NCBI GenBank assembly: GCA_002633005.1
Contig: NMRA01000492.1
Location: 209,418-273,417, forward strand
Direction: 5' to 3'
Source of the DNA: Phoronis australis
Taxonomy: Eukaryota > Animalia > Phoronida
DNA length: 64,000 nucleotides
In this document: positions 23,508-36,500 of the stretch, piece after piece
Layout: every line of letters starts with the position of its first letter
How positions within the stretch are numbered: the first letter of the stretch is position 1
Translations under genes and position numbers: made by a program
The notes under the pieces: generated by a model
What the model saw: only the letters and a program-made list of their open reading frames with translations
Databases searched by the model: none
What the model was told of the DNA's origin: nothing

Positions 23508-23800
23508 TACTTGATAGAGTTGTCAAATGTTCTCTTGAATTTTCTCTCCAATCTGCATTTAGCAGTCTTTCTTTTCTCGACTGTCCCCGCCCCACGCGTA
23601 TATCAGTTGCCACGGTTTAACCCCTACGCCTGAAAATTTTTGGAGGGCCTGTGCCCCCCCCCCCCCCCCCCCCNCCGCTTCCTACGGCCCTGACGGATCT
23701 CCGCTTTTCAGAAGTCGTGGGTTCAAATCCTGCCTCGGACAAAGAAATTACACCACGAGTGTACCATATATCCGTGCTCGTTCTTCTAAGAACGCAGGAA

Positions 23801-23843
23801 CACCTGACGATGGCCGGAGAATAGACCGACCGAAACGTCGTGA
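23801..23843 (+). ncRNA. Penelope-type minimal hammerhead ribozyme-like motif
   Basis: cac-CTGACGA-t-ggccgg[agaataga]ccgacc-GAAA-cgtc-gtg, followed by aataaa at ~23894. Stem I is only ~3 bp and stem II has one mismatch. Confidence 0.5.
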
Positions 23844-24796
23844 CAGTGTAAATAGACAAGAGGTCGGTGTAAACAGACCAAGAGATTTTAATAATAAACA
23901 CGCTAACACCTCAGAGCGGTTTTAGAAAGTCATTATATAAAAATGAAGCGACACAATATGGCACTTGCTATCACACGTTCGGCCTTCGATAAAACGGACC
24001 CATGATACGAAACAGCTACTTCGAAGGCAGGCTAGGATTTTACTTGAATATCTGCAAGAGCTGAAAGGTCAACCTGACGACTAAATTTGGCTCAGCAGAG
24101 TCTAGAGCGGGCGATTGGAGCATTCTTTTGCAGTAAACGAAACGGTCGTTATCAATGGCTTGATCATGTGTTCCAAAGTTTCTGGCATCCGTAGAGGTCG
24201 TACTTGGCAACCGTTATTTTGTTCCCTGGCTCAAGCATTGATACGTTTAGATGAAATTCAAAATGCCACGCGAGGAGAGGTACTAAATGAACGTTATGTT
24301 ATTAAAGGATCCTCTCTGGTAAGGTATAGAAACACGTTCGACTTAACAATGTATTCTTTTAAGTGATCTCGATCGAGTAAAGCTTTTATGTTTTAAAAAA
24401 TATAAAAGCTACCTCAAGTCACATGTCAATTATATAACTTTTCTGATTGTTGATTTTATAAACTTAAATTTTGATGGCTGACTTGATGTCGAAGATAGAG
24501 ACTGAACTTTACTGGGCTTGTTAGCTCCCACGTGATCACATTCTCGTGTGTCGTGACTGTTAGCATACTTCACATTTCAAACATGACACATGAGACAATG
24601 TTCTCACGGCCACATTCGTCCTCCCGTCAAACACGTTCACCTTGACATACATTTATTCTGTTACTTTTGGGCAATAATCGTTTGTCAACCTATTTTTTTA
24701 TTATTAAAGGTGGGGCCTTCCCCGAAATTTAGACATCTACTTCCTTTGTCACGACAAATAAAAAGCGCACTACCGGAAAACAACGGCATTGTCAAA

Positions 24797-27700
24797 ATGG
24801 TCCTGCTTAAGGTGAATTTCGTAGCCTTCGTGATCTTTTTTTGCTCCGCAGTGGCCAGTCCGTTGGTAGGCGATGACTTACGTGAACATCTGAAAGAGCT
24901 GAAAGGCATTATGACCGACCTTCGCGACAAGGTTGACTCACTGGAGACCAGAATTAAGACTGTGGAAGAGCGATCGGAGGTAAATGAATTCAAGGAACGT
25001 GAATTTCATTGGTTTCAATAGTTTTCATTGCGTAGAACAAAGCACGTACTCAGACAGCGACTTAAAACTAAATTATTGGCCTTTTGAATCTTGCGTTGTC
25101 ACTTCGATCAAATTTCAATAACATTGATAATGTTCTCAGGAGAAAAATCTAGACAGGTAATCTGTCTGTAACACTATTTACAGACATTGGAAAAATATCC
25201 GTTCGAGAAAAGTTACTAGCTAACTTGAATGAATCAGGTAAAAGGTCAGTACAGTCGATTTATTCACTGGCCGGCTGGCTCTCCAGTGGAACAGTCAGTG
25301 TGCTGATGTTGCTAGACTGTCAGTGATGTTTGGTTGTGTGGTCATTCAATCTAGCTACTTTACAACGAATAATTCAAAAATAAGTTTCAGATCTAAGCCA
25401 AAAGGTTAGAGTACGAACGGTTAGAATATGATTTGTAATAAAATAGGTTCGCAACAGGCTTTGATAAATCGGTCGTCGAGGTTTCAACATCATGACGTCA
25501 TTTTGAACTTTTGACCGGTGTTTCGTGAAAGGTCTCGTAGAGCAAATAGACTCGATGCAGCACATTGCATGAATTGAAATGACGGGCAAGAGGGTAAACT
25601 GAATGGAGACTGTGACTGTTTAACGCAAGCCAATCTAAGCTATACTGAGCGTTACTTCGGCAGATCAAAATGTTAGGATAACTTCAATGTAAGAAAAAGT
25701 AAGTGTGCAGTGTTTAGCCAAATTCACACTTGCGAGCTTCATTCGCACCGCAGTATAACCACAGAAAACCAGGACTTTACCCTCGCACACTTAAGGCAAG
25801 GCATTTGACACTCACCATTCCAGGGTAATAGTCATAGCTCAATAAGTTAGTAGTTTGGAATCGACTGACATGCGTTATTTGTGGAAAATGTAGTCAAGAT
25901 GTTTTTCAATTTTGGATTGTTGAAAGATGGTATAAAGTGTTTAATTGATTTTGTTTACTAGAAGAGTCGTGAGGCTTACCGCCAACAAAGCAAGTCTTTC
26001 TATGAAAACATACCTTGGCTGAATGCGGAGTCTCGTGGCGACAATTTACAAGTTTTCGGAAAGACCATCGCGTTTTCTGACAGACTCTTGTGGTTCTTTT
26101 TGGATGGAAATTTACTCCTGTAAAATAAACGCTTTTCTCAACAGTCAAGGACTTGAGTAAACTAGGTAGTTGTGCTGAGCTAAAATGGTCTCGATTGCTG
26201 CGTGAGCCCGTGTGTCTATTTTTCAGAATGTTGGTTTTGACAGAAACAAGCTTAACGACGTAGTTCGACGTTCTAAACGAGCATTAGGACTGAACAGGAC
26301 GTCATCATGTAAGTGTTTATGTATTCATAATAGACTGAAGACGCGTGAATGCAAACATATGACACTTATTTATACTTGCCGTGCGTCTGTAGACGCGACT
26401 ACATGTACCTCGCGAAACGCAAGACTTCCCATTATAACGCCTCCATGTATTACAAGTGAAGCATTTGTTCAGATCAGGGACGAGCTTCTCTCAGAGTACT
26501 CTTTTGATTTAACGGGATTGACGCGCTGTACAAACATCATACCGTCGTCTTTACACACCACTGACACACGCGTGAAACATACTCCATACCCGGCTACCAA
26601 ATGTCACTAACCCGGGAACAAGCACCAAACCCGTACCTGGATCTGCGTTCCCATGGGGTTCTGTCATCTCGCATGTCACGTGTTTAGGGGCGCGAGCACT
26701 GATGTTGTATAATGGGTTTGGTGCTTCCTGGTCCGGGATTGGGATATTTAGGGTCGTAACTGTAATTTACAACAGCGGCCATGGATTCCTTTTTACACCT
26801 AAATGTTGCTCACTGTTCTCAAACCAGTATTCAACGATCAAGGGCAGCGGCCTGTCGCCCGTAAGTACTGTTGCAGTCAAATTCGTAGCAAAGTATTGAG
26901 CACGTACAAAAGTTTTTGAACATGGTATGACTGTTCTACGACAGATTTGCGCCCTAGTAGGAATATCGTTCATTGCTTTACGGCTGTCGCACGACACGAA
27001 GTGTGGCAGACTTACTACTCTTTAGGTGGTCGAACATATGTCACGGTCTCACCATCGAATGCAAGTTTTGCAAAATTCTTACATTGACACTATGACCTTA
27101 AGTATTTTACAATAACCGAACGAGTCCAAATTCTTGGTCTACTGTGACACGATGTAGCAAGTATGCAGACACCTCCGACGAATGCATGGCAGCATCTCTT
27201 ACTTTGTGACTAAGATAAAGCCACAAGAACGAACGGCGTGTGACAGGGTCTTTAGGTGAATGTGTTGTACTTCTGTTAGCCATGATGCCTTTGAAAGTGG
27301 CATTAAACCCGTTACTTTTTGTAAGAAACAAGTTTTGATTAAAGTCATTGATCTGATCTTGTTCGTTTAGTAGAGAAGAAGTAATCTCTCGTCACTTGAA
27401 ATTTTAGGGCACGACCTGTGTCTTAGTGAAATGACAAACTGCCAGATCTTCACAAGACTATAAATCACTTTTAATTTCATTAACAAGTGCAGTGTAATTA
27501 AGTCACGTTACAAACAATTTCATCAGTGACGGTTAAGTGTCATAAATCAAAACTTGTTCCTCGACAGAAAGCATGTGTTCATTAATGTCACTTTAATTCT
27601 GCAAATACAGTGTACACGTGTATGTGTTTCTAACTTCTTAGCTTGGATACCGTTTCCACCAGCACGACTTCCTTACCCCTGGTATGCGCCAGTTTGTAAG

Positions 27701-30545
27701 GAGGGCAAACCAGGTCGAGATGGAAGGGACGGGCGTGACGGACAGGCCGGGCATGCGGGACCACCAGGCAAGGACGGCCTGTCTAGTGGAGACTTGGAGC
27801 GGGTCCTGAAAAGTGTTCTAAATTACACGCACAAAGGTTGGTACATCATGCTGTAGTTCATGTTGAGCTTAGTTTGATCAGTTCTTTGCAACCAGCATGC
27901 ACAACAACAAATACGACGACGACAAGGACATAAATTTGTGGGGATGTCTCCTTGGAATGCATGTTGGCGTTGCTTACTGATGCTTACATGTACAAGCTTC
28001 TACTAGTCGTATTACAGAGATCTGCCAATATTACGGGCGATTTAGTCAGTTAGCGATTCCAACATGGAAAATTTACGTGTTTGTTTGATTCACGTTTCGT
28101 TTCGGTATTGTTTCAGACAGCAACAGTTACTTAGCCTCGTCAGGCAGACAAGGGCGAGTATTCTCGATAAGAAACAAAGTCACAGAAACACAGTGGACGT
28201 TGGTCAAAGCACATAACTTCGAGAAGCGTATTCCATCCATAAATAATCCCACAAATGCGTCTGCCGGTCGTAAAACCGATAATGTCCCAATAAATGAGAA
28301 TGGTTTCCTTCACCTAAAAATGACCCACAAAAGTCTTTGAGCAAACTTAAATATCGTGGCGGAATATATCGTCTTTTCAAATGCATTGGCAATCTCCAGG
28401 TGGCGAGATCTTCTCCACGTGTCGACTCACCTGCCAAACAACAATGTCGTGAACATATACATTTTGTGAGTCACTTCCAAAATAGTTCACCAATTAAGGA
28501 TACAATTTACGAGAAAGGGAAGCAGAAGAAACGAATCCCAGTTTTCAAACACAGATATGGTCGTGTGTTGCTTTTGATGTCCTAAATTACATAAGATATA
28601 ACGTCATGCGGCTTTTTCGTCTGAAAACAACGCATATCTGATCAGATCTGAGTAAGATAATTCACGCCAGTGCTGTTTTAGATGTAACTGAATGCTTATA
28701 TTCAAAACCCACACTGTATTTTAAGAGACACTATGATATTAAACTTAAAGTCGCATTTCGCCTTGTTTAGGTTACTCAAGAACGAAAATCGAACTAGTAC
28801 CATTCACTCTGATCGATCGGTTTCATTGTATTACTATTAATCACCGAGTCATACAGAAGTTTATTTCCTTTACCACTCAAGTCAAGGACAATGTGTACAT
28901 GAGTCACTTTCGAATTCACAATTTTTCAGTAGGGTTGGCGAGTTCCAATTGAACACTAAAGCATTAAAAAACTTCTTGACCGGTTGCTTTATGGTTTCGA
29001 TACTCTTGTTGGCAACGGAAACGTGATTCTGTCACGATATACAACATTATGAGACCGATTTCATGAGGGTAAAATACCTATCATTATTTTTGTATTTCAT
29101 TCAACTAAGCATGGTCAAATGCATTTGAATTTATTTACAGCCCTACCACCAGTGCCATCTCCTTCCAGTCGAAACGACACAGGCGCCCTCTATGTGCGAT
29201 GGGGACGTACAACATGCCCTGCTCATTCACAACTTGTCTATGACGGTAAGCAATTAGTATTTACAGTAAGTTCGGGTTACGAGGACTAGGAATGAGGAGT
29301 TAAGGGAAATCACCCACGTTACACAAAGCGAAGTGCATTGTCCACCTCTTCATTCCGGATATGCATAAGAGATATTGTTGTGAACAGAATTGTTCAAGGA
29401 GAGGGGGGCAAACCGGGAGTGAAGGCTAAAATGAATGACATTTTAGGGGGCACTTTGCAATGCACAGGTTGAACAGGGATGGCAACAAACGCAAAACTGA
29501 AATGGATTTGAACGTGGTTAGGACCCGATTTTCTCCCTCAGTGGTACTGAAGAGTCTGTAAGATCATAGTCCGGCATAAAGGCAGCCCATGGAGGGAAAA
29601 CGTTTGCTTTTTGTATCTAACAGTTCCATATGAAGTCTCGCAGTCGGAACCGGGTTCCATCAGTAAGACTTGAAAACTTGGATAAACCATGAATATTTCA
29701 TTGAGAATTTTTTTATTCTTAACAACGCGATACTTGTCACATGTCCTGTCTAAATATTTGCCTTCAATCACACACAAATTTTTGGATTTAGACCACCTGC
29801 CGTTGTGACGTTGGTCTCAAATTGTTCCTATGAAAAATGTGATTTCATGGCTTCTCAAGGAACGGCAGTTTCATGATTTTTTAGAGCGTGCCGTGTGACC
29901 CATATCTAATGAGCTTCTATCAATTCGAGAGATCAGCTTAAACACAGTGTAAACGTAATGTCAAATTTTAACGGTAAATGAGGACAAAACTGATTTTTGA
30001 CGCTAAGATACTAACAATTAGGCCCTATTCGTCTAATTTTTTCATCTACAGGGTATGTTGCCGGGTCACATTACACCCACAAGGGAGGCGGAAGTACGAT
30101 GTTATGCTTACCAAAAGTTCCTCAATTCGAAAAAACGTCACCCGGATTTGAGTCAGGAGGCCACATTTACGGTGCTGAGTTTGAGGTCAACGTATTCAAC
30201 CCGTTCTCCCTTAAGAACACGCGCGGCCATTCTCTGCATGATTCCAACGCAGTTTGTGCTGTGTGTCTCGCACTCTCTCGTCCCAGTCTCGTGATGATTC
30301 CCGCTCGCAAGAGTTGTCCTGCAGGGTGGACAAATGAGTATTACGGTTATCTAATGTCAGCGCACTATACTCATCATAAGAGTAGCTACGACTGCGTGGA
30401 CATTGCACCAGAAGTGAATGACTCAGGGCATGGAAATCAAAATGGTGCGCTCTGGTACATAGTGGAATCGGTTTGCGGAGGTGCATTGCCATGTCCTCCA
30501 TATAAGAATGGAGCTGAACTCACGTGCGTCGTGTGCACCAAATAA
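24797..30545 (+). CDS. Secreted short-chain collagen C4-like protein, paralog B (5 coding exons, 352 aa)
   Basis: Exons 24797-24979, 26227-26308, 27642-27836, 29141-29245 and 30052-30545 have the same lengths (183/82/195/105/494) and splice sites as paralog A. The frame is open throughout and the motifs are the same. Confidence 0.9.
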
Positions 30546-30637
30546 ATATTCTCTAGTTTATTCACAGATTAGCTAGCTTTATTATTTGCACAGTGCATTA
30601 TAAATGGAAAGCTTATTGGCACCTATGGACTCAGATT

Positions 30638-30849
30638 CATGGCGCGCACCCAGCCTTTAATGTGGGGGGCTCGAATGTGGACCTTTTGCTAACAAAAAAG
30701 CGGGAGGACTAAAAAAACGGGGTATCACCTTCAGAACTGTGCGTCTGCGACCTTTTAGAGGACTTTTGTGTCATTTTCTCGGACTTTTTGTTTCTCTGAG
30801 GCGACCATTTTACCCACTTCGCCCAATGGGGGGCTCATCGGTGCGCATG
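30638..30849. mobile_element. MITE just downstream of the stop codon of paralog B
   Basis: Ends catggcgcgcacc / ggtgcgcatg flanked by duplicated agatt. Paralog A shows the empty site (cccagatttac, ~9154). Related to MITEs at ~11492-11732 and ~16389-16648. Confidence 0.7.
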
Positions 30850-31186
30850 AGATTTACAAGTACATGTTATCCCTAAATGTGAGATGTCACGTGACTTGAC
30901 AATATAATGTCCTCACTTACATACCGTAAGTCTTTTGATCACAAAACGAGTCTACATTGAGCAAACAGCGTACAGACGCGCATTTACTCACTGGTCATTA
31001 AAAAACAGCTTCTCACTAGGCCATAGAAATGAATCATAATTCACTTACGTTCATTTGATATGCCGTCCTGAAACCTTTGTAAGTAGCACGGAGCACAACT
31101 CGAGAACAAAACTGTAAGTGCTCTACTATTGTTTTTCACCGATTGCTGTTTAAGCACGTCTTCTTGCAAATTTTTCAACACAATGA

Positions 31187-31549
31187 TCTGGAACTCGAAA
31201 TTATGTTTGGCATTTTCTACTCTACTTTTGTGCGAACTTAGGATATTCTACGCCCGATTACATAATAACTTAAGTGGATAACGTTTTAGTGCCAGTTCGC
31301 AGTTGATAAACCCAACATTAAGGTTAAAAATTCGAGTTTGAACTTGAAATTTCGAGTTTTTAGTAGAGTTTGTAGAACGAATATAAGGGTCACAAAGTAG
31401 AAACTTTGACTAGAAACTATGAGTAAACTATAATGTATTCGAGCCTAATCTAATAACCACTTATCTCGAGTTCGCATAAATACAACAGAAAAATTGTCAA
31501 AAATGATTTCGAGTTGTTTCGAGTACAAAGATTAGATTACGAGTTCCGG
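31187..31549. mobile_element. MITE specific to duplication unit B
   Basis: Ends tctggaactcgaaat / attacgagttccgga; absent in unit A at ~9495. Confidence 0.55.
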
Positions 31550-33506
31550 AGAAAGAGTCCATCGATGAAATGGCGTTTGAATTTACTGACCGTACAATGT
31601 TTTAATGTATGTCTCAGATTTGTCATTAGCGCTTATGTTGTTTTTTATCTTCAATTAAAAATCAAGAGTCGAATTATTTGTAGATAAGTGCTAAACACTG
31701 AACGTGTTTTAACGTTTTAAATACATCGGCGCTAGCTACGGAAAATGACATGGTTTTCGAACATTTTATAAGTTTTAAAGCAGCAAGCCTGGTGCATGAT
31801 GACAAAAGGACTTCTTTCCCTATCAATGTTACCTTTCAAAAATTGTTGGCCGTAAACACATGGTCAGGTGACTACAAGAATGGCGCACTGTCGTGATGAC
31901 ATGAATGCATCTGTCTCGACTTCCTACTCTCAGAAAATATATACGTACTTTCATGGGTTGACAGTTACTTTTTTAAATAGATACTTCAAGAGGACATTCA
32001 ACAGTTTAATCAGGGGTACACCTAACTTTGAAGCTTTTCCCGCTACAAGTAGTTATGTAAAGCTACTGAATACAAACAGAATGGAATACAACCAAGTTAG
32101 TCAGAGACTTTATTTACTAACATTACATCATTTACATAACAGTTGAATAACAAACACGAGTAGATTAACCATGGAGAAACCCAAAAGGATACTAGACCAA
32201 CAAATTGCACTTAAAAGCCCCAAGTCCTTGTGGCAACAGACCCTCAGAGCTCACCTTAATCATAGCATGATGATGTGTCATCATGGCCACCAGCATAAAC
32301 AGGCAACCTTGGACATGCATGGAGTACCTAACCACGATCTTCAAGGCTTAGTAGGTTCAACCTCATTTGTTCCACATTCCAATATGGTGCCGAGAACTTT
32401 GTGCACAGGAGCGACAGGGACCTTATCAAACAGTTTTCTGTCCTGGAGAGTATTCAACTCATTGTCACGCATGGACGTTTTACTGAATATTTAGAACATT
32501 TAGCGTATCTTCGGTCATAAATATTTTCTGTGGACAAAATTTAAGACCCTCGTTCCTCACCAGTCAAGTACCATACCAATATTGATACACTAAGGTGCTC
32601 TGTCTACAAAAACACCAATGAATTCAAAGCCCCTTTTGCTCCGACATGCTTGCAGTGTTTTGTTAGAACAAGATGTTCCCAAAAGTCTGTCCCCCTTCTA
32701 GTCATGAGATCGAGGCACCCCTGTATAGTATGAGCACCCTAAACTTCCCTCAATTGGGACACAAACTCAGTTTCTAAAACCACCATTTTCCAGTTTTTCC
32801 ATGGGTCATTTTATTGCTGCAGATGTTCAAAATAATACAGTCTTTGATAACAATGAAACAATTTTTTTTTCATTTATTTTCGTTGAGATATTTGCCAAAA
32901 ACAAAATCCCACTTTCCCCATCATATAACCTACCTATAAATAACTGTTACAAGCACAGATTTACAGCTGAAAACCCCATGGAGCACAATTTGGTTAAATG
33001 TGTCTATTTTTCAAAAAGTTCTTCAGCTTCAGATGAGTGTTTGTTGACAGTTGTACATCATAAATTGTGCAAACTGTGAAATTAATATTTTCCTGATGAC
33101 TTTAGTTGAAAATTTTGACAATCCAAAGTTTACTGATCCACCACATTGTGTTTTGAATTTCCAAAAAATTCATTGAATATAGTTGCTGCTTAGTTCAAGT
33201 ATAGCTTTAGCACACTGGTCGATACAAAAAGGTAGCACATCCCAGTATTTCGTTCTTGCACATGAATTGTGCAACTAAAACCAGCTGACGAAACTTTGCT
33301 GCAGTCATGAACTTGCAGCCTCTAGCTTTCAGGGAAATGAAGTATAGACAGAAATTATAAATAACCATCACAGAGTCATCTTCAGAAGGACTTGTATTAG
33401 AGAGGACGTTCCGACCATTATACGTCCTCTAACATTCAATAAAAGTTTGGACCACATTTTTCAATAGTTACACCACAGGTCGCCATCCACGTTTTATTTT
33501 TTCTTC

Positions 33507-36500
33507 TCAACTCAACTCTTCCAAATACTTCTTCACCATCAGTGCCCTCGGCTGCAGCTCCATTTTACTATCGCTCGCCATCACGTCGAGAGACTGCACC
33601 AACTTATCTCTGGTCGCTTGTTCAATTACATCTAACTTTCCAATGGCTGCAGATTAAAAATAGTATCAATTTACATCAACTCCCAAATGCCTGTACTGGG
33701 AATTAAAGTCACAATATCTCAAAACAGAGACAGAAAGGAAGGTGGGAGGGGAGGGAGAAGAGAGGGGAGAAGGGAGGGAGGGAGGAAGGGAGAGGGGACG
33801 TAGGTAGGGNNNNNNNNNNNNNNNNNNNNNNNNNNNNNNNNNNNNNNNNNNNNNNNNNNNNNNNNNNNNNNNNNNNNNNNNNNNNNNNNNNNNNNNNNNN
33901 NNNNNNNNNNNNNNNNNNNNNNNNNNNNNNNNNNNNNNNNNNNNNNNNNNNNNNNNNNNNNNNNNNNNNNNNNNNNNNNNNNNNNNNNNNNNNNNNNNNN
34001 NNNNNNNNNNNNNNNNNNNNNNNNNNNNNNNNNNNNNNNNNNNNNNNNNNNNNNNNNNNNNNNNNNNNNNNNNNNNNNNGGAGGAAAACTGAATAACTAA
34101 ATCTTTGCAATGAATTTGATAAGCAAAGTGGGTTCTTTACAAAAGATGTGAAATATACTCTTTCGATTTGTAAATAGTCATTAAAAAGTACACTACCAAC
34201 TTTCATCACTTTTAATATCAAACTCACAATCATGAAGAAATTCACACGTATATTGCCTGTTTTTATGGTCTCCTTATGAATTTCTTGACAATCAAGAAAT
34301 ATTTTTACATTCTTGACACAACTATGACCAAAGACTGGTGTCACTAGCAGTCTAATTCGTCACTACCTTTGAGACCAGCCGCAACCACTTCAGTTACTTC
34401 TAGTGCATCCGTCCTCAGTACGGAGTACTTGATGTTGTCCAGACATTGGGTTACCAAGGGCAACATCTCAGACAGGATGTCGATGATGATATCACGCCTA
34501 GCCTCGAACTCAGTACCACTTTCAAGGACTCGCCACCTGCCAAAGATGAACCTTTGTAATCGAAAATAACAAAAAAACCTTGCACATTTAAAGATTTCTC
34601 CATTAAGAACTACACAGACACTGCAGGCTTAGAACATATAGCCTGTAAAACAATGGCCTGTGAGTCAGGCTAGTTTCGTACAAGGAAAGGTCCTCTACTG
34701 GAACAAGTTTCCTGAAGACCTAATAACTACAAGAACAACAGAGGCCTTGAAATGATGCCTCAGTTGGTTATAATGACTTCTCGTATACACTCTACAACTA
34801 CCTTCATGCACGTATTGGTAACTATCATATAACAGACCGACACATATATAGATAGAAGATTGAGATAAATTATTTAACAGTGACGGAAGTGCCAATAGAA
34901 TAGAAAACAAATAAAACTGCTGCAGAATAACATATCAATAGAAATTCGAATGTGAAACCGTAATAAATTTCAGGATGAACGAAAGTAGTACTAGAAACGT
35001 AATGAAACTTTTTTATGGCCTATCTCTTTACAGGTTTTCAAAGCTTACACCCCCTTGCAATGCCATTTCGGATGTCAAATTCAAAATGAAATCGATGGGT
35101 AGAAAAACTGATTGCTGAAATATTTAACGGTAAAACTCTACTTAGTCTCTAGAACAATTGCGTGAACTTACAAGTTCTCACTAATCAAAAACATTGAAAA
35201 ATGTTATCACTCAATGACAAGTTGACCTTGCTTTTTAAGTTGTGCTGGAACACTTTTCCCTTGGAAAGACTGACGAATACTGCACACAGATGCAAATAAC
35301 TGGCTATAGAAGCGAACAAGACAAAAAAACACAAAATAAAACAACAAAGATGGCACTGCCTGCACGAAGCTTTAAGTTTAACATTTTCGGACATGTTTAA
35401 AAACACTTCATGCCATGGTATAGAAGTCAATGTCGCATTGCAATAATAACAAATGTACAAATCTGGACGTCACCTGCTGACCAGCTTGGCCAGAGCCTTA
35501 AGAATGGCCGATTGTTCCTTCCAGGTAGACGTGACAATGTGGGAACACAGTGTGTGGCTGACAGTTGACTGGAGAAGATCTGAATGAATAAAGACACCAG
35601 AAACTATGAACATACATATCGTGTAACATGTGACATACGAGCACCAGCGTCAACATGCAGCTACAAACCAGCTCCTAAAATTACACACTTAGACAAAATC
35701 ATTTCAAGGTATTTGAGCAGCAAATTTTCGTTTAGACATGTTGCATTAACCCTTATCCTGCTGAGCCTCTGTTCAGACTACTTTCCCTGTGTGCTGAGCT
35801 AAGTAGGTCACCACTACTGCTTTACACTAAGCTGTTGTGGAGGTCACCCAGACTAATGACCTAACAATTTTAAATTGGAAATTTGAAGGGGAAATGTTAA
35901 TTTCACAACAAAGGAGCCCAATTAAAAGTTGTTCAGAATTTAATGGAGAATTTCACCATATGTAAAGTTTCATAATAGCCTTAGTGAAAGTAAACTGATC
36001 CAGTGTCATTCTCTCAAGTCTGGCTCTAGCCAAATAATGAAACTAAGTGTCTACACTTACATAAAGCTGCCAATATCTCCCAAACTAGCAATCACAACCA
36101 TATGGTTTAAATCAGAGAAATGTAGAGGAAACAGTGAACTACAGAATGTACATGCTCACATATCTAAACAACATCTAGGGCTCTCACAATTAATGAATGT
36201 CACAAGTGTCCTAAGGTGAGTACACTCTCCTACTGCTCCCAGCTGCAGCTTATCATAGTCGACTGAATACACCTCATCACACTGTAATAGGATAATTGGC
36301 AAGTCGGCTGACCTCGCCTAGTGCAGGATAAGGGTTAAGTACCACGTTCTACCTACATTTAATGGCCTTAACAGATTCTCTCCAACAGGGGACAGTCCGA
36401 TCTTACATCAGGTGTCATATCGTAAAATGATTGGCCCTAGCTTGTCATGACAGCAAGAAATATAGGACGTCAGTAATACTGGCATCATATTAATGTCACG

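Larger units (their letters stand above)
14146..23692 (-). mobile_element. Decayed hAT-like DNA transposon, copy 2, interrupted by nested insertions
   Basis: Ends caggcccgtaggaag / cttcctacggccctg. Colinear with 10907-14056 once 14437-16011 and 17585-22074 are removed. Relic motifs: HSSGHLFMLLLTNS (~22890-22928) and LQSLVTTRRWNELTLFSKLNDV*PFIIRV (~22690-22778). Confidence 0.65.
23945..32830 (+). repeat. Segmental duplication unit B (paralogous to ~1975-10830)
   Basis: Same colinear similarity as unit A, with copy-specific TE insertions. Confidence 0.9.

Noticed and set aside
33709-34344. Long ORFs spanning N runs (also 47537-47989)
   Set aside because: Artefacts of translating assembly gaps.
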